Positions 1 to 9,840 of a DNA stretch of 64,000 bases are shown here, one piece after another. The notes under the pieces are model-generated. The model did no database searches. It worked only from the letters and a program-made list of their open reading frames with translations, and had not been told where the DNA came from. Source of the DNA: Hungateiclostridiaceae bacterium UBA1305 (GTDB lineage: Bacteria; Bacillota; Clostridia; Acetivibrionales; DTU013); the NCBI GenBank assembly GCA_002307275.1, contig DBTX01000078.1, positions 42 through 64,041 on the forward strand, read 5' to 3'. Within the stretch, counting starts at the first letter, position 1; each line of letters begins with the position of its first letter. Made by a program: the position numbers and the translations under genes.

Positions 1-921
1 GGCAGATCCGGTAAATCTCAAAAGTCTTAAAAAAGAGCCGAAAAAATAATTAATGTTATAATCATCAGGCGTTTGAAAAAATTGAAAGAAGTCCACAGGC
101 ACAATCAATGCCACTGGCGTGTTGCCAACAAGAATTACAATCCGGCCTTCCATCAGGTTGGCAACTGCTTTGTCAGCTCTTTCCGTCCCTTGAAACTGAG
201 GGAAGAGAGAAAATGGGCTATCCGATGTCAATTGATCAATGTATCCTGCTCCATTGATATTGTCTATTTCAATATTCTTGATTCTTTCCTCGACTTTTCT
301 AACAATCTCCGGATTTGCGATGTCCTCCATATAAAGAATTGCAATATCACTCTTCGACCTTTTCCCCAATGTCATCATTTTCACTTTTAATTTTGATGAG
401 GCCACCTTTCTCCTGATTAGAGAAAGGTTTTTCGCTACGGATTCAACAAAGCCATCATGGGGCCCTTTTATGATCCTTTCAACCTCAGGCTCATCAAACG
501 CCCTGGTTTCAATATCCTGTAAGTTAAAGCAAAGTGCATAGTTTATTCCATTGATCAGAATCACTGTGCTCGCTTTTAAAACATAATCCACAGCAGTTTC
601 CAGAATAAAGACTTTGCTGTATTGAATCGTAGGGAATATGTCCGTATCCTTTAATTCACTCAATTGGCTCTCCTTCAAACTCAGGAGGGTTGGTATGACA
701 TCCCGTTGTACAAGGTTATTGTCTATAAGGCCGTTGACATAGATCATACAGGCAGATCTGCCGCCAGCAGTCTTTAAACTCCTCATGACGACATCAGCAC
801 AGTCTTTGAACTGTTCCTGTAATATAGTGAGATTATCCTTTAGGGAATGGGATATTTCTATGTTGTTTTCAGGATTTTTTTCATTCTCCGCCCTTCTGTA
901 CCGGTTCCTTGTAATCATCAT
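1..921 (-). CDS. Spore germination protein, GerA/GerKA (A-subunit) family; N-terminal ~307 aa, 3' end lies beyond the left edge of the window
   Basis: Absent from the ORF track because it has no stop codon in the window. My own reverse-strand translation from ATGATG at 921 reads MMITRNRYRR...IKGPHDGFVESVAKNLSLIRRKV...ANLMEGRIVILVGNTPVALIVPVDFFQFFQTPDDY and stays open to position 1. GPxDGF and LMEGRxxILVxxTP blocks are typical of GerA-family receptors. GGAG lies ~9 nt upstream. Confidence 0.8.
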   Translation of the reverse strand, partial: MMITRNRYRRAENEKNPENNIEISHSLKDNLTILQEQFKDCADVVMRSLKTAGGRSACMIYVNGLIDNNLVQRDVIPTLLSLKESQLSELKDTDIFPTIQYSKVFILETAVDYVLKASTVILINGINYALCFNLQDIETRAFDEPEVERIIKGPHDGFVESVAKNLSLIRRKVASSKLKVKMMTLGKRSKSDIAILYMEDIANPEIVRKVEERIKNIEIDNINGAGYIDQLTSDSPFSLFPQFQGTERADKAVANLMEGRIVILVGNTPVALIVPVDFFQFFQTPDDYNINYFFGSFLRLLRFTGSA

Positions 922-1188
922 TTATTCCGCTCCGCATCTCAGTACAATAATAGATATTATCTGCATTTACAAGGAATATAAACAAAAGCACCGCTCACTG
1001 CCACAATCTGAAAAAGGCGAACATGCGCTTGTGACATGAGATAGGAAATCAAAGAAGTATCTGGAAGATTGTTTGAAATAGGTGGGATATTGTGCTAAGA
1101 TTGGACTGCTGGTACACAACATCTCTATTCCTTTTGAAGTGTACATGTGTCGGAAAATTACTCAATAATCATAAAAGGAGCACTTAGC

Positions 1189-1989
1189 ATGGCATATAAG
1201 CTGATGGCAGTCGATATAGACGGAACACTTTTCAACAGTGCCGGAATTCTGACAGATGTCACAAAAAAAGCAATCCTGGAAAGCATAGACAAAGGCCTGA
1301 TCTTTACAATATCAACAGGCAGGCCGCTGCAGGGAGTCGAAGCCCTCAACCGCATGCTCAATCTTGATCTGCCGTTTATTACATATAACGGTGCCATGGT
1401 CATCATGGGAAAATCCAAGGAAGTATTATATGAACAGAGGCTTTCCGCGGAAAATGCGAAGGAAATCATCGAATTGGCCAAAAAATATCAGACGACTTAC
1501 ATGGTCTGGGCTGACAACAAACTGCTGGTTACTGAAATAAATGACAGAGTGAATCTATATAAGCAAATATCAACAGTAGAGCCTACCCTGGTCGGGGATA
1601 TCAACGATTGGATAAAAAATGGGGTAACAAAGATATTATGGTACGATGAAATAGAGAATATCGACAGATTTCAATCGGAAGTCGGAAGGTATTTGGGTAA
1701 CCGTGTGAATTACCATACCTCCAGGCCCAACTTTCTTGAATTTGTTGACATAAATGCCTCGAAGGCCATTGCCATGGAAAAGATCGGGGAACATTTCGGA
1801 ATTAAGCAAAGTGAAATGATTGCCATCGGCGACGGATACAACGATCTCTCCATGATCGAATACGCAGGACTGGGCGTTGTAATGGCAAACGCAAAGGACG
1901 CCATAAAAGAGAAAGGCGACTATATTACATTGTCCAATGATGAAGATGGCGTGGCTCATGTAATCTACAAGTTTGTTATAAACGCGTAG
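1189..1989 (+). CDS. Cof-type HAD-IIB family phosphatase (YidA/Cof-like sugar phosphatase)
   Basis: MAYKLMAVDIDGTLFNS (DxDGT motif I), STGRP (motif II) and GDGYNDLSM (motif IV). AAAGGAG RBS lies 8 nt before the ATG at 1189, so the track start at 1147 is probably an upstream extension. Confidence 0.85.
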   Translation: MAYKLMAVDIDGTLFNSAGILTDVTKKAILESIDKGLIFTISTGRPLQGVEALNRMLNLDLPFITYNGAMVIMGKSKEVLYEQRLSAENAKEIIELAKKYQTTYMVWADNKLLVTEINDRVNLYKQISTVEPTLVGDINDWIKNGVTKILWYDEIENIDRFQSEVGRYLGNRVNYHTSRPNFLEFVDINASKAIAMEKIGEHFGIKQSEMIAIGDGYNDLSMIEYAGLGVVMANAKDAIKEKGDYITLSNDEDGVAHVIYKFVINA

Positions 1990-2080
1990 TTGATGGACCG
2001 TGTGAGTCGCATGCCTCATTTCTGAGATCGTTCAGCAAGGAACAATTATACCAGGTATAGCATATTTGATTATCAGTTTG

Positions 2081-2956
2081 CTATAAACGCGTAGAGGAAG
2101 AACCATATGAATACTTTTTGGGAGATATGCCGAATTCCTTTTTAAAGGATCTCAGAAAATTAGAATAATCACTGAAGCCACATTGCATACACACTTCAGT
2201 AATTTGAGAAGATTCACTCAGCAGCGACTTCGCCAGAATAAGTCTCTTTTTTTGGATGAAGTGGTGAATGGTGTACCCTGTGTATTTGGTGAACTCTCTC
2301 AGCAAATGGTATTTGCTCATATAGAATTTCGAAGAGAGCATATCCAAAGAAAGATCCCCGCCTAAATTTTCATTGATATATCGAACAATACTGTTTATTT
2401 TATGATTATAAGTGATGTCTACTTTAATATCATCTATATTTGTATTCAAATAGGCCCGATTGAGGTATACGATCAATTCCGTCAGGTAGATATTTTTCAA
2501 AATCGTGCTTCCATAGCTTAATTGGCTGCATACATATTCTATTCTGCTGACAATTTCTTTAATATAAGATAGAATTTCCAGATTTGGCCGGAGTAGATTA
2601 TACCTGTTTTTTGAGGTGGATTCGAAGCACATGGAAAGATTCTCGCCAAGAATGGTCAGATTTTTAATAAAATTGGGGTTAACCCAGATAACAATACGTT
2701 CGTATGGAATGCCCAGCTTGATTGACGGCTTGTGCAGCTCCTTATTATTTATTAGTATGATATCTCCGGCTCTGAGCTGATAGGATTTGCCTTCGATGAT
2801 ATACGTAACCTCGCCGGAAAGGAAAAGATAAATTTCATAAAAATCATGGTTATGATAAGGTACGTCCAATAATGTTTCATTTTTATTATGAAAAAACTCA
2901 AAATCGGACGAAACCATATATTGTCTTGTTTCAAATTCATGTTCCGAGGCCCACAT
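2081..2956 (-). CDS. AraC family transcriptional regulator (N-terminal cupin sensor, C-terminal HTH)
   Basis: The N-terminal HNHDFYEIYLFLSGEVTYIIEG looks like an AraC-type cupin. The C-terminal LDMLSSKFYMSKYHLLREFTKYTGYTIHHFIQKKRLILAKSLL...VCMQCGFSDYSNFLRSFKKEFGISP is a canonical AraC double HTH. It is divergent from the sugar-acid operon. Confidence 0.85.
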   Translation of the reverse strand: MWASEHEFETRQYMVSSDFEFFHNKNETLLDVPYHNHDFYEIYLFLSGEVTYIIEGKSYQLRAGDIILINNKELHKPSIKLGIPYERIVIWVNPNFIKNLTILGENLSMCFESTSKNRYNLLRPNLEILSYIKEIVSRIEYVCSQLSYGSTILKNIYLTELIVYLNRAYLNTNIDDIKVDITYNHKINSIVRYINENLGGDLSLDMLSSKFYMSKYHLLREFTKYTGYTIHHFIQKKRLILAKSLLSESSQITEVCMQCGFSDYSNFLRSFKKEFGISPKKYSYGSSSTRL

Positions 2957-3147
2957 ATTTTTAACCTACAGCTCTCATATAATCAATTTATGATAATTGT
3001 ACAGCAATTTTTGCAATACATCAAGCAATAATCGCAAGGAAATAGGCATTTCTTAAATATATAATGAGGATATAAAGTCAGAGTAATTGATTATACTTTT
3101 CTAATTTGCTTAAACTAATAATAGTACAAAACAAGGAGGTCCCCCTA

Positions 3148-4227
3148 ATGAAAATCGAACTACGCAAAGATTTTACCTGGGCAATGATCGTTCCATCCAG
3201 CATGGGCGTCCGTCTTACTCCGGTAAATGGACAACCTGTACACTGCAGTAATACTTTTACCATGGAGACTAGCAGCGCCGAGACCAATGTTCTGGCTGTT
3301 GCATCCTCTCTTGGCCTGCCGACCAAGGTTCTGACGACTTTTGTCAAGGACAGTCCGATCGCCCAAATCATTAAAAACAATCTGTCAAGCCGTCATATAG
3401 CCTATGAAGGCAAGGAAGTGCCTCAGGGCGGCCCTTGGGGTTATCGCCATCAATTTAATATCGCCGACAGCGGATACGGCTCACGCGGTCCCAGAGTTCA
3501 TAACGACCGTGCTGGTGAAGTCGGCCGTACGCTAAGTGTTTCTGACTTTGATCTGGATAGGATCTTCGGCAAAGAAGGCGTCCAGATCCTGCATATGTCC
3601 GGCCTGATCGCTGCAATGTCTCCAGAGACAGGGACTTTCTGCCTGGAATTGGCCAGAGCAGCAAAGAAATACGGTACGCGTATCTCCTTTGATATGAATT
3701 ATCGCGCATCCTTCTGGAAAAACCGCGAAAAAGAGCTTCATGCCATCTTTGCTGAAATTGCTGGTATCGCAGACATCCTCGTCGGCAATGAAGAAGATTT
3801 TCAGCTTTGCCTTGGAATAGAAGGGCCGGAGTCCGGCGGCAAGGATCTCGCTGCCAAAATCGAAAGCTTCAAAGTGATGATCAGCCGCGTAAAAGCTGCT
3901 TATCCGAATGCATCGGTTTTTGCAACGACACTTCGCCAGGTCATCAACACCAACAGCCACATGTGGGGCGCGATCATGCTGGAGGGCGAAAGCTGGCATG
4001 TTGTTGAGCCGAAGCAGATCACAGTCCTGGATCGTATCGGCGGTGGCGACGGCTTCGTAAGCGGCATGCTTTACTCCATACTTAAAGGCTGGGAACCGGA
4101 GAAGTGGGTTCAGTTCGGTTGGGCAAGCGGAGCATTGGTAACGACCCTGTATACGGATTACGCTCAGCCTGCTGACGAAGAAATGATCTGGAGCATCTGG
4201 GAAGGTAATGCACGCGTAAGGCGTTAA
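3148..4227 (+). CDS. PfkB-family sugar kinase (2-keto-3-deoxygluconate-kinase-like; true substrate unknown)
   Basis: Ribokinase/PfkB hallmarks are present: DRIGGGDGFVSGMLY (DxxGxGD anion hole) near the C-terminus and NEEDFQL in the middle. AAGGAGG RBS lies 7 nt before the ATG at 3148. Confidence 0.75.
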   Translation: MKIELRKDFTWAMIVPSSMGVRLTPVNGQPVHCSNTFTMETSSAETNVLAVASSLGLPTKVLTTFVKDSPIAQIIKNNLSSRHIAYEGKEVPQGGPWGYRHQFNIADSGYGSRGPRVHNDRAGEVGRTLSVSDFDLDRIFGKEGVQILHMSGLIAAMSPETGTFCLELARAAKKYGTRISFDMNYRASFWKNREKELHAIFAEIAGIADILVGNEEDFQLCLGIEGPESGGKDLAAKIESFKVMISRVKAAYPNASVFATTLRQVINTNSHMWGAIMLEGESWHVVEPKQITVLDRIGGGDGFVSGMLYSILKGWEPEKWVQFGWASGALVTTLYTDYAQPADEEMIWSIWEGNARVRR

Positions 4228-4301
4228 TGTATAACTCTCATAAGGCATTACTGTTATGCCTGCATAAGGTGATAATGAATAATAGAATTGGAGGATTTAA
4301 T

Positions 4302-5753
4302 ATGGGCAAGGCAGATATTGGTTTGATCGGTTTGGCGGTAATGGGTGAAAACCTTGTAATGAACATGGAAAGCAAGGGGTTTACCGTAGCCGTTTTCAAC
4401 CGTAGTACAAATAAGGTGACTAACTTTATAGAAGGGCGTGCAAAAGGAAAAAACATCATAGGCGCCATGACAATACAGGAATTGGTTGACAATCTGAAGG
4501 TTCCTCGTAAAATCATGATGATGGTCAAGGCGGGAAAACCAGTCGATGAATTTATCGACACGATCATCCCCTACCTGGACAAGGGAGATATCCTCATTGA
4601 TGGCGGCAACTCCCATTTCCCGGATACCATCCGCCGCTGCAAATATGTTGAGGAAAAGGGATTTCTTTATGTCGGGACAGGCGTTTCAGGCGGCGAGGAA
4701 GGTGCACTGAAGGGACCAAGCATGATGCCGGGCGGATCACCTGCAGCATGGCCCTTTGTCAAGCCAATCTTTCAGGCAATTTCAGCGAAGGTTGAGGATG
4801 GAAGTCCCTGCTGCGACTGGGTTGGAGATAATGGCGCAGGACACTTTGTAAAAATGGTTCATAACGGAATAGAATACGGCGATATGCAGCTGATTTGCGA
4901 AGCTTACCATTTGATGAGAGAATATCTTGGCATGTCCGCTGATGAAATACATGAAGTTTTTAAAGAATGGAATACCGGTGTGCTGGACAGTTATCTCGTA
5001 GAAATCACACGCGATATTCTCGCTTATAAAGATACTGACGGCTCCCCCATCGTTGACAAGATTCTGGATACTGCAGGACAGAAGGGTACCGGAAAATGGA
5101 CCTCTATCGCTTCACTCGATGAAGGCATCCCATTAACACTGATCGGCGAGGCTGTATACGCCCGCTGTCTGTCTGCCATAAAAGAAGAAAGAGTCGTTGC
5201 CTCAAAAATATTGTCCGGCCCTGTTGCGAAATTCGAAGGAGATAAGAAGGCTTTTATTGAAGATATCAAGAATGCTCTCTTTGCCTCCAAGATCGTATCC
5301 TATGCACAAGGCTATACCCTGCTTCGTGCCGCTGCAAAGACCTACGGCTGGAACCTCAAATACGGCGAGATCGCTCTGATGTGGCGCGGCGGATGTATTA
5401 TCCGCTCCACCTTCCTGAAAAATATCAAGGAAGCATTTGATAAAAACCCGGAACTGGACAACCTGCTGCTCGATCCTTTCTTCAAGGAAAACATCGATAA
5501 AGCGCAGTCCGGTTGGAGAAAAGTAGCAGCTACCGCCATGTTGAACGGTATCCCTGTCCCTGCATTTTCATCCGCTCTCAGCTATTATGACGGATACAGA
5601 AGCGCAAGGCTTCCTGCCAACCTGTTGCAGGCACAGCGCGACTATTTCGGCGCGCATACCTACGAACGTACTGATAAACCGCGCGGAGAGCTGTTCCATA
5701 CCAATTGGACCGGCCGCGGCGGCTCTACATCCGCATCAACCTATATTGCATAG
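4302..5753 (+). CDS. gnd: 6-phosphogluconate dehydrogenase, decarboxylating
   Basis: GLIGLAVMGENLVMNMESKGF (NADP Rossmann), GGNSHFPDT, GTGVSGGEEGALKGPSMMPGG, HFVKMVHNGIEYGDMQLI and RDYFGAHTYER are all classic Gnd blocks. GGAGG RBS precedes the ATG at 4302. Confidence 0.95.
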   Translation: MGKADIGLIGLAVMGENLVMNMESKGFTVAVFNRSTNKVTNFIEGRAKGKNIIGAMTIQELVDNLKVPRKIMMMVKAGKPVDEFIDTIIPYLDKGDILIDGGNSHFPDTIRRCKYVEEKGFLYVGTGVSGGEEGALKGPSMMPGGSPAAWPFVKPIFQAISAKVEDGSPCCDWVGDNGAGHFVKMVHNGIEYGDMQLICEAYHLMREYLGMSADEIHEVFKEWNTGVLDSYLVEITRDILAYKDTDGSPIVDKILDTAGQKGTGKWTSIASLDEGIPLTLIGEAVYARCLSAIKEERVVASKILSGPVAKFEGDKKAFIEDIKNALFASKIVSYAQGYTLLRAAAKTYGWNLKYGEIALMWRGGCIIRSTFLKNIKEAFDKNPELDNLLLDPFFKENIDKAQSGWRKVAATAMLNGIPVPAFSSALSYYDGYRSARLPANLLQAQRDYFGAHTYERTDKPRGELFHTNWTGRGGSTSASTYIA

Positions 5754-5796
5754 AGAAAGGGTTCTAATGCATGCTTGCACTAGACGGGGTATTATT

Positions 5797-6654
5797 ATGA
5801 AACTACCATTTCAAATAGATTTAAGCGGGAAAACTGCTGTCGTTACCGGCGGCGGCGGAATACTCTGCAGCAGCTTTGCCAAAGTACTCGCAGAATGCGG
5901 CGCAAGGGTAGCCATCCTCGACCTGAGGAAGGAAGCAGCCGATAAGGTGGCTGCAGAGATCATCGAAGCAGGCGGCAAGGCGATCGGCGTTGGAGCAAAC
6001 GTACTCGACGCGGAAAGTCTCAAGGCCGCCAGAGAAACCGTAAATAACGCATTCGGGCCCTGCGGCATTCTGATCAACGGCGCAGGCGGCAACAACCCCA
6101 AAGGCACTACTACAAAGGATTACTTGTTTAAAGAGGATCTTGAATCAAAAACGGAAGGCGTCATGACCTTCTTTGATCTGGACCAAAAGGGAATCGAATT
6201 TGTGTTCAACCTGAACTTTCTGGGCACACTGATGCCGACACAGGCCTTTGCCAGAGACATGATAAATCAGGATGGAGCCGTAATCATCAATATCTCCTCC
6301 ATGAATGCGTTTTGTCCTCTGACCAGAATTCCTGCCTACAGCGGGGCAAAGGCAGCAGTATCCAATTTCACTCAATGGCTGGCAGTTCATTTTTCAAAGG
6401 TTGGGATTCGAGTAAATGCAATCGCACCTGGATTTTTCATAACCGATCAAAACAGGGCGATGCTGATCAAGGAAGACGGCTCCTACTCGGAAAGAGCCAA
6501 TAAGATTGTTAACATGACTCCGATGGGCCGTTTCGGAGAGAGTGAGGAACTGATCGGAACACTGCTCTGGCTTGTCAGCAATGACGCCTCCGGCTTTGTA
6601 AACGGTACGGTAATCCCTGTTGACGGCGGATTCTCAGCCTATTCAGGAGTCTAA
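5797..6654 (+). CDS. SDR-family oxidoreductase, fructuronate/D-mannonate oxidoreductase-like (UxuB/YjmF/UxaD type)
   Basis: TGGGGILC (TGxxxGxG), NGAGGN and YSGAKAAVSNFTQ (YxxxK) are present. Length and the insertion after NGAG resemble the SDR-type mannonate oxidoreductases as I recall them. The track start at 5587 overlaps gnd and is rejected; the ATG at 5797 follows the gnd stop. Confidence 0.7.
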   Translation: MKLPFQIDLSGKTAVVTGGGGILCSSFAKVLAECGARVAILDLRKEAADKVAAEIIEAGGKAIGVGANVLDAESLKAARETVNNAFGPCGILINGAGGNNPKGTTTKDYLFKEDLESKTEGVMTFFDLDQKGIEFVFNLNFLGTLMPTQAFARDMINQDGAVIINISSMNAFCPLTRIPAYSGAKAAVSNFTQWLAVHFSKVGIRVNAIAPGFFITDQNRAMLIKEDGSYSERANKIVNMTPMGRFGESEELIGTLLWLVSNDASGFVNGTVIPVDGGFSAYSGV

Positions 6655-6834
6655 CCTTAAGAGGCGGCATTCGTTTTATCTGCGGATGCCGCAATTCTTT
6701 ACACGAATGGAGTATGGAGCGTCGTATCTCTGAATCAAGAGGCTCAGCGCTTCTGAGACTCTGAATAATGGGGCATAGCAAAGTTTTATTCCTGACCGGT
6801 GCAATTTACGTGGTGAATTGCCCTGCCTATGTCT

Positions 6835-6855
6835 AATTCACTAGTGAATTTCACA
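6835..6855. promoter_or_regulatory. Perfect 16-bp palindrome AATTCACTAGTGAATT overlapping a second palindrome GTGAATTTCAC; candidate operator upstream of the LarA-like/UxaE genes
   Basis: Read directly at 6835-6850 and 6845-6855, giving three TTCAC/GTGAA half-sites. An extra GTGAATT sits at 6813-6819. The site is ~60 nt upstream of the 6910 start in a 255-nt intergenic gap. Confidence 0.35.
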
Positions 6856-6909
6856 ACTGCGATTCGAGGGGGCTCAATTCCCTGAGATTCTGAATGGAGG
6901 TATTTCCTG

Positions 6910-8187
6910 ATGACTGAAATAATAACAAAAAGCACAACTCCGAGCGGACTTACAGATACTCAGGTATCGGCTGCTTTAGAGGAATCCATAAAAAATATGG
7001 CGGAAGGTCTTAAAAAAGTGCTGCTCCTCCCGCCTGACCTGACCAGAATGCATTCCGGCGCCGGAAAGATAACCGCCATGTATTACAATATGCTCAAGGA
7101 TCATTGTCAGGTGGATATCATGCCGGCTCTGGGAACCCATGCTCCCATGACTGAACCTGAATGCCGGGAGTTTTTCGGAGACAGTGTCCCGATGGCATGT
7201 ATCATTGAACATAACTGGAGAAAAGATATTGTAAAAATTGGCGAGGTTCCCGGCGAATTCGTCAGTTCCGTATCCGGCGGATTGCTTGATTATTCCATCG
7301 ATGTAGAAGTCAATAAACGCCTGATCGATCCTTCCTACGACCTGATCATTTCAATAGGCCAGGTAGTTCCCCATGAAGTCGTCGGCATGGCCAATTTCAA
7401 TAAAAACATCTTCGTCGGCTGCGGCGGCAAGGACATTATCAACAAGTCCCACATGCTCGGTGCAGTTTACGGCATGGAGAAAATGATGGGCAGAGACTTT
7501 TCTCCTGTTCGCAGGGTGTTTGACTATGCGGAAGAGAAATTTCTGAAGAAGGCTCCGCTCCTGTATGTCCTTACCGCAACCACCTTTAGTGGGGGTAAAC
7601 TGGCGATAGAAGGACTTTTCATCGGAAGAGAACGCAAGGTATTTGAAGAAGCAGTAAAGCTCAGTCAGGAAAAAAACCTGAACTTTATAGAGAAGCCATT
7701 TAAGAAAGTAGTGGTATACCTTGACCCTAGAGAATTCAAAAGCACCTGGCTTGGAAATAAATCCATCTACAGGACAAGAATGGCGATTGCCGACGATGGA
7801 GAATTGATCGTCCTCGCTCCTGCTGTGAAAAGGTTTGGAGAAGATGACACAATCGATCTCCTGATTAGAAAGTACGGCTATGTCGGAAGCAAAAAAATTC
7901 TTCAATTGTACAAGGTTAATGAGGACCTTCAGCAGAATCTTTCCGCAGCGGCTCATTTGATCCACGGTTCCTCCGAAGGCAGGTTCTCGATAACCTACGC
8001 CGTTGAGCATCTCACAAAAGAGGAAGTCGAAGGTGTTAACTTCAAATACATGTCTCTTAAGGAAGCAACTAAAAAATATGATCCCACGAAACTGAAGGAA
8101 GGGTATAATAAAATGGAAGACGGCGAAGAAATCTATTTTATCAGCAACCCGGCTCTTGGATTGTGGGCGGACAAGAACAAATTCTAA
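6910..8187 (+). CDS. LarA-like (lactate racemase N-terminal domain / DUF2088) protein; candidate sugar-acid epimerase
   Basis: 425 aa. LLLPPDLTRMHSGAG near the N-terminus and GQVVPHEVVGMANFNKNIFVGCGG resemble the DUF2088/LarA fold family. GGAGG RBS is present. It is co-oriented with the UxaE-like gene. Confidence 0.6.
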   Translation: MTEIITKSTTPSGLTDTQVSAALEESIKNMAEGLKKVLLLPPDLTRMHSGAGKITAMYYNMLKDHCQVDIMPALGTHAPMTEPECREFFGDSVPMACIIEHNWRKDIVKIGEVPGEFVSSVSGGLLDYSIDVEVNKRLIDPSYDLIISIGQVVPHEVVGMANFNKNIFVGCGGKDIINKSHMLGAVYGMEKMMGRDFSPVRRVFDYAEEKFLKKAPLLYVLTATTFSGGKLAIEGLFIGRERKVFEEAVKLSQEKNLNFIEKPFKKVVVYLDPREFKSTWLGNKSIYRTRMAIADDGELIVLAPAVKRFGEDDTIDLLIRKYGYVGSKKILQLYKVNEDLQQNLSAAAHLIHGSSEGRFSITYAVEHLTKEEVEGVNFKYMSLKEATKKYDPTKLKEGYNKMEDGEEIYFISNPALGLWADKNKF

Positions 8188-8231
8188 GTATATACACGCA
8201 GTGGAATATTGAAAGAGAGGCGGGGTCATTT

Positions 8232-9761
8232 ATGGCTAATTGGGAAAAAGTCTGTTCCATGTTTCTGGATGGAAAAAGTCCAGCGCAGGTCAAAGCACAA
8301 ATAACGGGGGATTTTGATACTTATCAGGTATACACCGACTCCATCATCCAATCAAACAATTGCACCTACTTTATCGCTGTGATCCAGGGGATAAAAAAGC
8401 TTGTGATTTGCGGTGAAGGTGAATCAATCAATGAATTTACAGGCAGTGAACAACTGCTTTCCAATGGGAAAGTAAAGGTTTGTGATCTGAGTAATGAAAA
8501 CTGTGCAGTGCTCAGGAAACTGTTTTCTTTTACAAACCCCACCAATCATCACGGCAAAGCTATCACCGTCGGATTTGGAGACAGGCTTGGATTAGCTTCC
8601 GCCGGGCATATCCGGACAATAAAGGGTAAGAAGGTCTTCCCTGTCCTGGCGCAGCAATCCATACGCGAACTCAACCTGACCGGAAGAACCTATAAGGACG
8701 TGCTTGCAGCCGCCTCATGGGCAGTATTCCAGGAAGGCTACACGCTCGGTTTCGGCGCAGACGGAGATCATCTGAAGACCGCCGCAGAAGTAGAGATGGC
8801 GATCGATTGCGGCTTTACAATGATAACGCTGGACTGCTCGGAACACATTGACAACAGCATTCCTGACCTTGGCGCAACGGAAGTGGACAGTCTTTATGCA
8901 GCCCTGAAAACTGAAGACAGGCAGAGGCTTGAAGCAAAGTATCTGGACAAGGAAGTTGCTTTGGACAGCTCCCACAGAATTCATTTCTTATCTGAAGAAT
9001 TTAAAAGGACCGTTCTCATTTATTTCAAAGCAATCAATTATACGATCGACATCTATAACAACGTCATTAAGGACTGCGGAAGAAGCATCGACTTTGAAAT
9101 GTCCATTGATGAAACGCTTACGTCGACTACACCGCAATCTCATTACTTTGTAGCGGCAGAACTGCTAAATGCAGGGGTGCGCATCACCAGCCTCGCGCCC
9201 AGGTTCTGCGGCGAGTTCCAAAAGGGAATCGACTATATCGGTGATATCGCATTATTTACAAAAGAGTTTGAGGTGCACACTATTATTGCCCAAAAGCTGG
9301 GTTATAAATTGAGTATCCATTCAGGAAGCGATAAATTCAGCGTATTCCCTGTTATCGGAGACAGGACAAAAGGGGAATATCACCTGAAAACCGCAGGCAC
9401 TAACTGGCTGGAAGCTGTCAGGGTCATTGCCGTTAAAGACCCGGCCCTGTATAGAAAAATGCATACATTTGCCGTTGAGCATCTGAATGAAGCGAAAAAG
9501 TACTATCATATCAGTGCAAAACCCGAGAATATCCCTGCTCTGGAAAAGCTCACAGATAAGGAGCTGCCCGGACTAATGGATATGAATGACGCAAGGCAGG
9601 TCCTGCACATCACTTACGGGTTGATTCTGCTTGCGAAAAATGCCGACGGAACAAGCACCTTCAGAGACGATATCTATGCCCTGCTGAACAAGTACGAATC
9701 AGAATATTACAATGCTCTTCAAAAGCATCTGGGCAGACATTTAAGCGAACTGGGAATATGA
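8232..9761 (+). CDS. uxaE: Tagaturonate/fructuronate epimerase-like protein (UxaE family)
   Basis: GFGDRLGLASAGHIR, GFGADGDHLKT, ITLDCSEHI and KLSIHSGSDKFSVFP fit my memory of the UxaE TIM-barrel family. GAGAGGCGGGG RBS precedes the ATG at 8232; the track start at 8163 overlaps the previous gene. Confidence 0.65.
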   Translation: MANWEKVCSMFLDGKSPAQVKAQITGDFDTYQVYTDSIIQSNNCTYFIAVIQGIKKLVICGEGESINEFTGSEQLLSNGKVKVCDLSNENCAVLRKLFSFTNPTNHHGKAITVGFGDRLGLASAGHIRTIKGKKVFPVLAQQSIRELNLTGRTYKDVLAAASWAVFQEGYTLGFGADGDHLKTAAEVEMAIDCGFTMITLDCSEHIDNSIPDLGATEVDSLYAALKTEDRQRLEAKYLDKEVALDSSHRIHFLSEEFKRTVLIYFKAINYTIDIYNNVIKDCGRSIDFEMSIDETLTSTTPQSHYFVAAELLNAGVRITSLAPRFCGEFQKGIDYIGDIALFTKEFEVHTIIAQKLGYKLSIHSGSDKFSVFPVIGDRTKGEYHLKTAGTNWLEAVRVIAVKDPALYRKMHTFAVEHLNEAKKYYHISAKPENIPALEKLTDKELPGLMDMNDARQVLHITYGLILLAKNADGTSTFRDDIYALLNKYESEYYNALQKHLGRHLSELGI

Positions 9762-9796
9762 CATCACCTATTAAAATTTAACCGGATTTCTCTTCA

Positions 9797-9840
9797 AACA
9801 TCAGGTGGCTAAATTCGCCTCCTGATGTTCTGTTATTTTA
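9797..9840. terminator. Bidirectional intrinsic terminator between convergent uxaE-like and aldo-keto reductase genes
   Basis: AACATCAGG (9797-9805) pairs perfectly with CCTGATGTT (9821-9829). An inner GGC/GCC extension is present, and T-rich CTGTTATTTTA follows. Confidence 0.6.

Noticed and set aside
73-1039. Plus-strand ORFs 73..390 and 785..1039 from the track
   Set aside because: The opposite strand carries one uninterrupted GerA-family reading frame (921..1) with strong family motifs and an SD. The plus-strand ORFs have odd composition and no RBS, so they are antisense shadows.
1971-2094. 19-nt near-identical direct repeat GTTTG(T/C)TATAAACGCGTAG at the 3' ends of the convergent HAD and AraC genes (1971-1989 and 2076-2094)
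   Set aside because: The repeat is real, but it is only 18/19 nt, with no mobile-element features between the copies. It could be chance or a small duplication scar, and I could attach no function.
3532-4248. 238-aa minus-strand ORF, and similarly 7351..8229 (292 aa) and 11170..11853 (227 aa)
   Set aside because: Each lies antisense to a plus-strand gene with unambiguous family motifs (PfkB kinase, LarA-like, GH4). None has a recognisable motif or SD.
5587-5796. Track start at 5587 for the SDR gene, and similar 5' extensions at 1147, 3106, 4227, 8163, 12830, 60859 and 46070
   Set aside because: These extensions overlap the preceding gene or lack an SD. Internal ATGs preceded by GGAGG-type sites at correct spacing give N-termini that match the family starts.
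6655-6834. 255-nt gap inside the sugar-acid operon considered as a riboswitch or leader RNA
   Set aside because: I see only short hairpins (GCGGCAT/ATGCCGC, CTCAG/CTGAG) and a recurring TCTGAAT word. Nothing resembles a known riboswitch core that I can recognise by eye. Only the palindromic operator-like site is reported.
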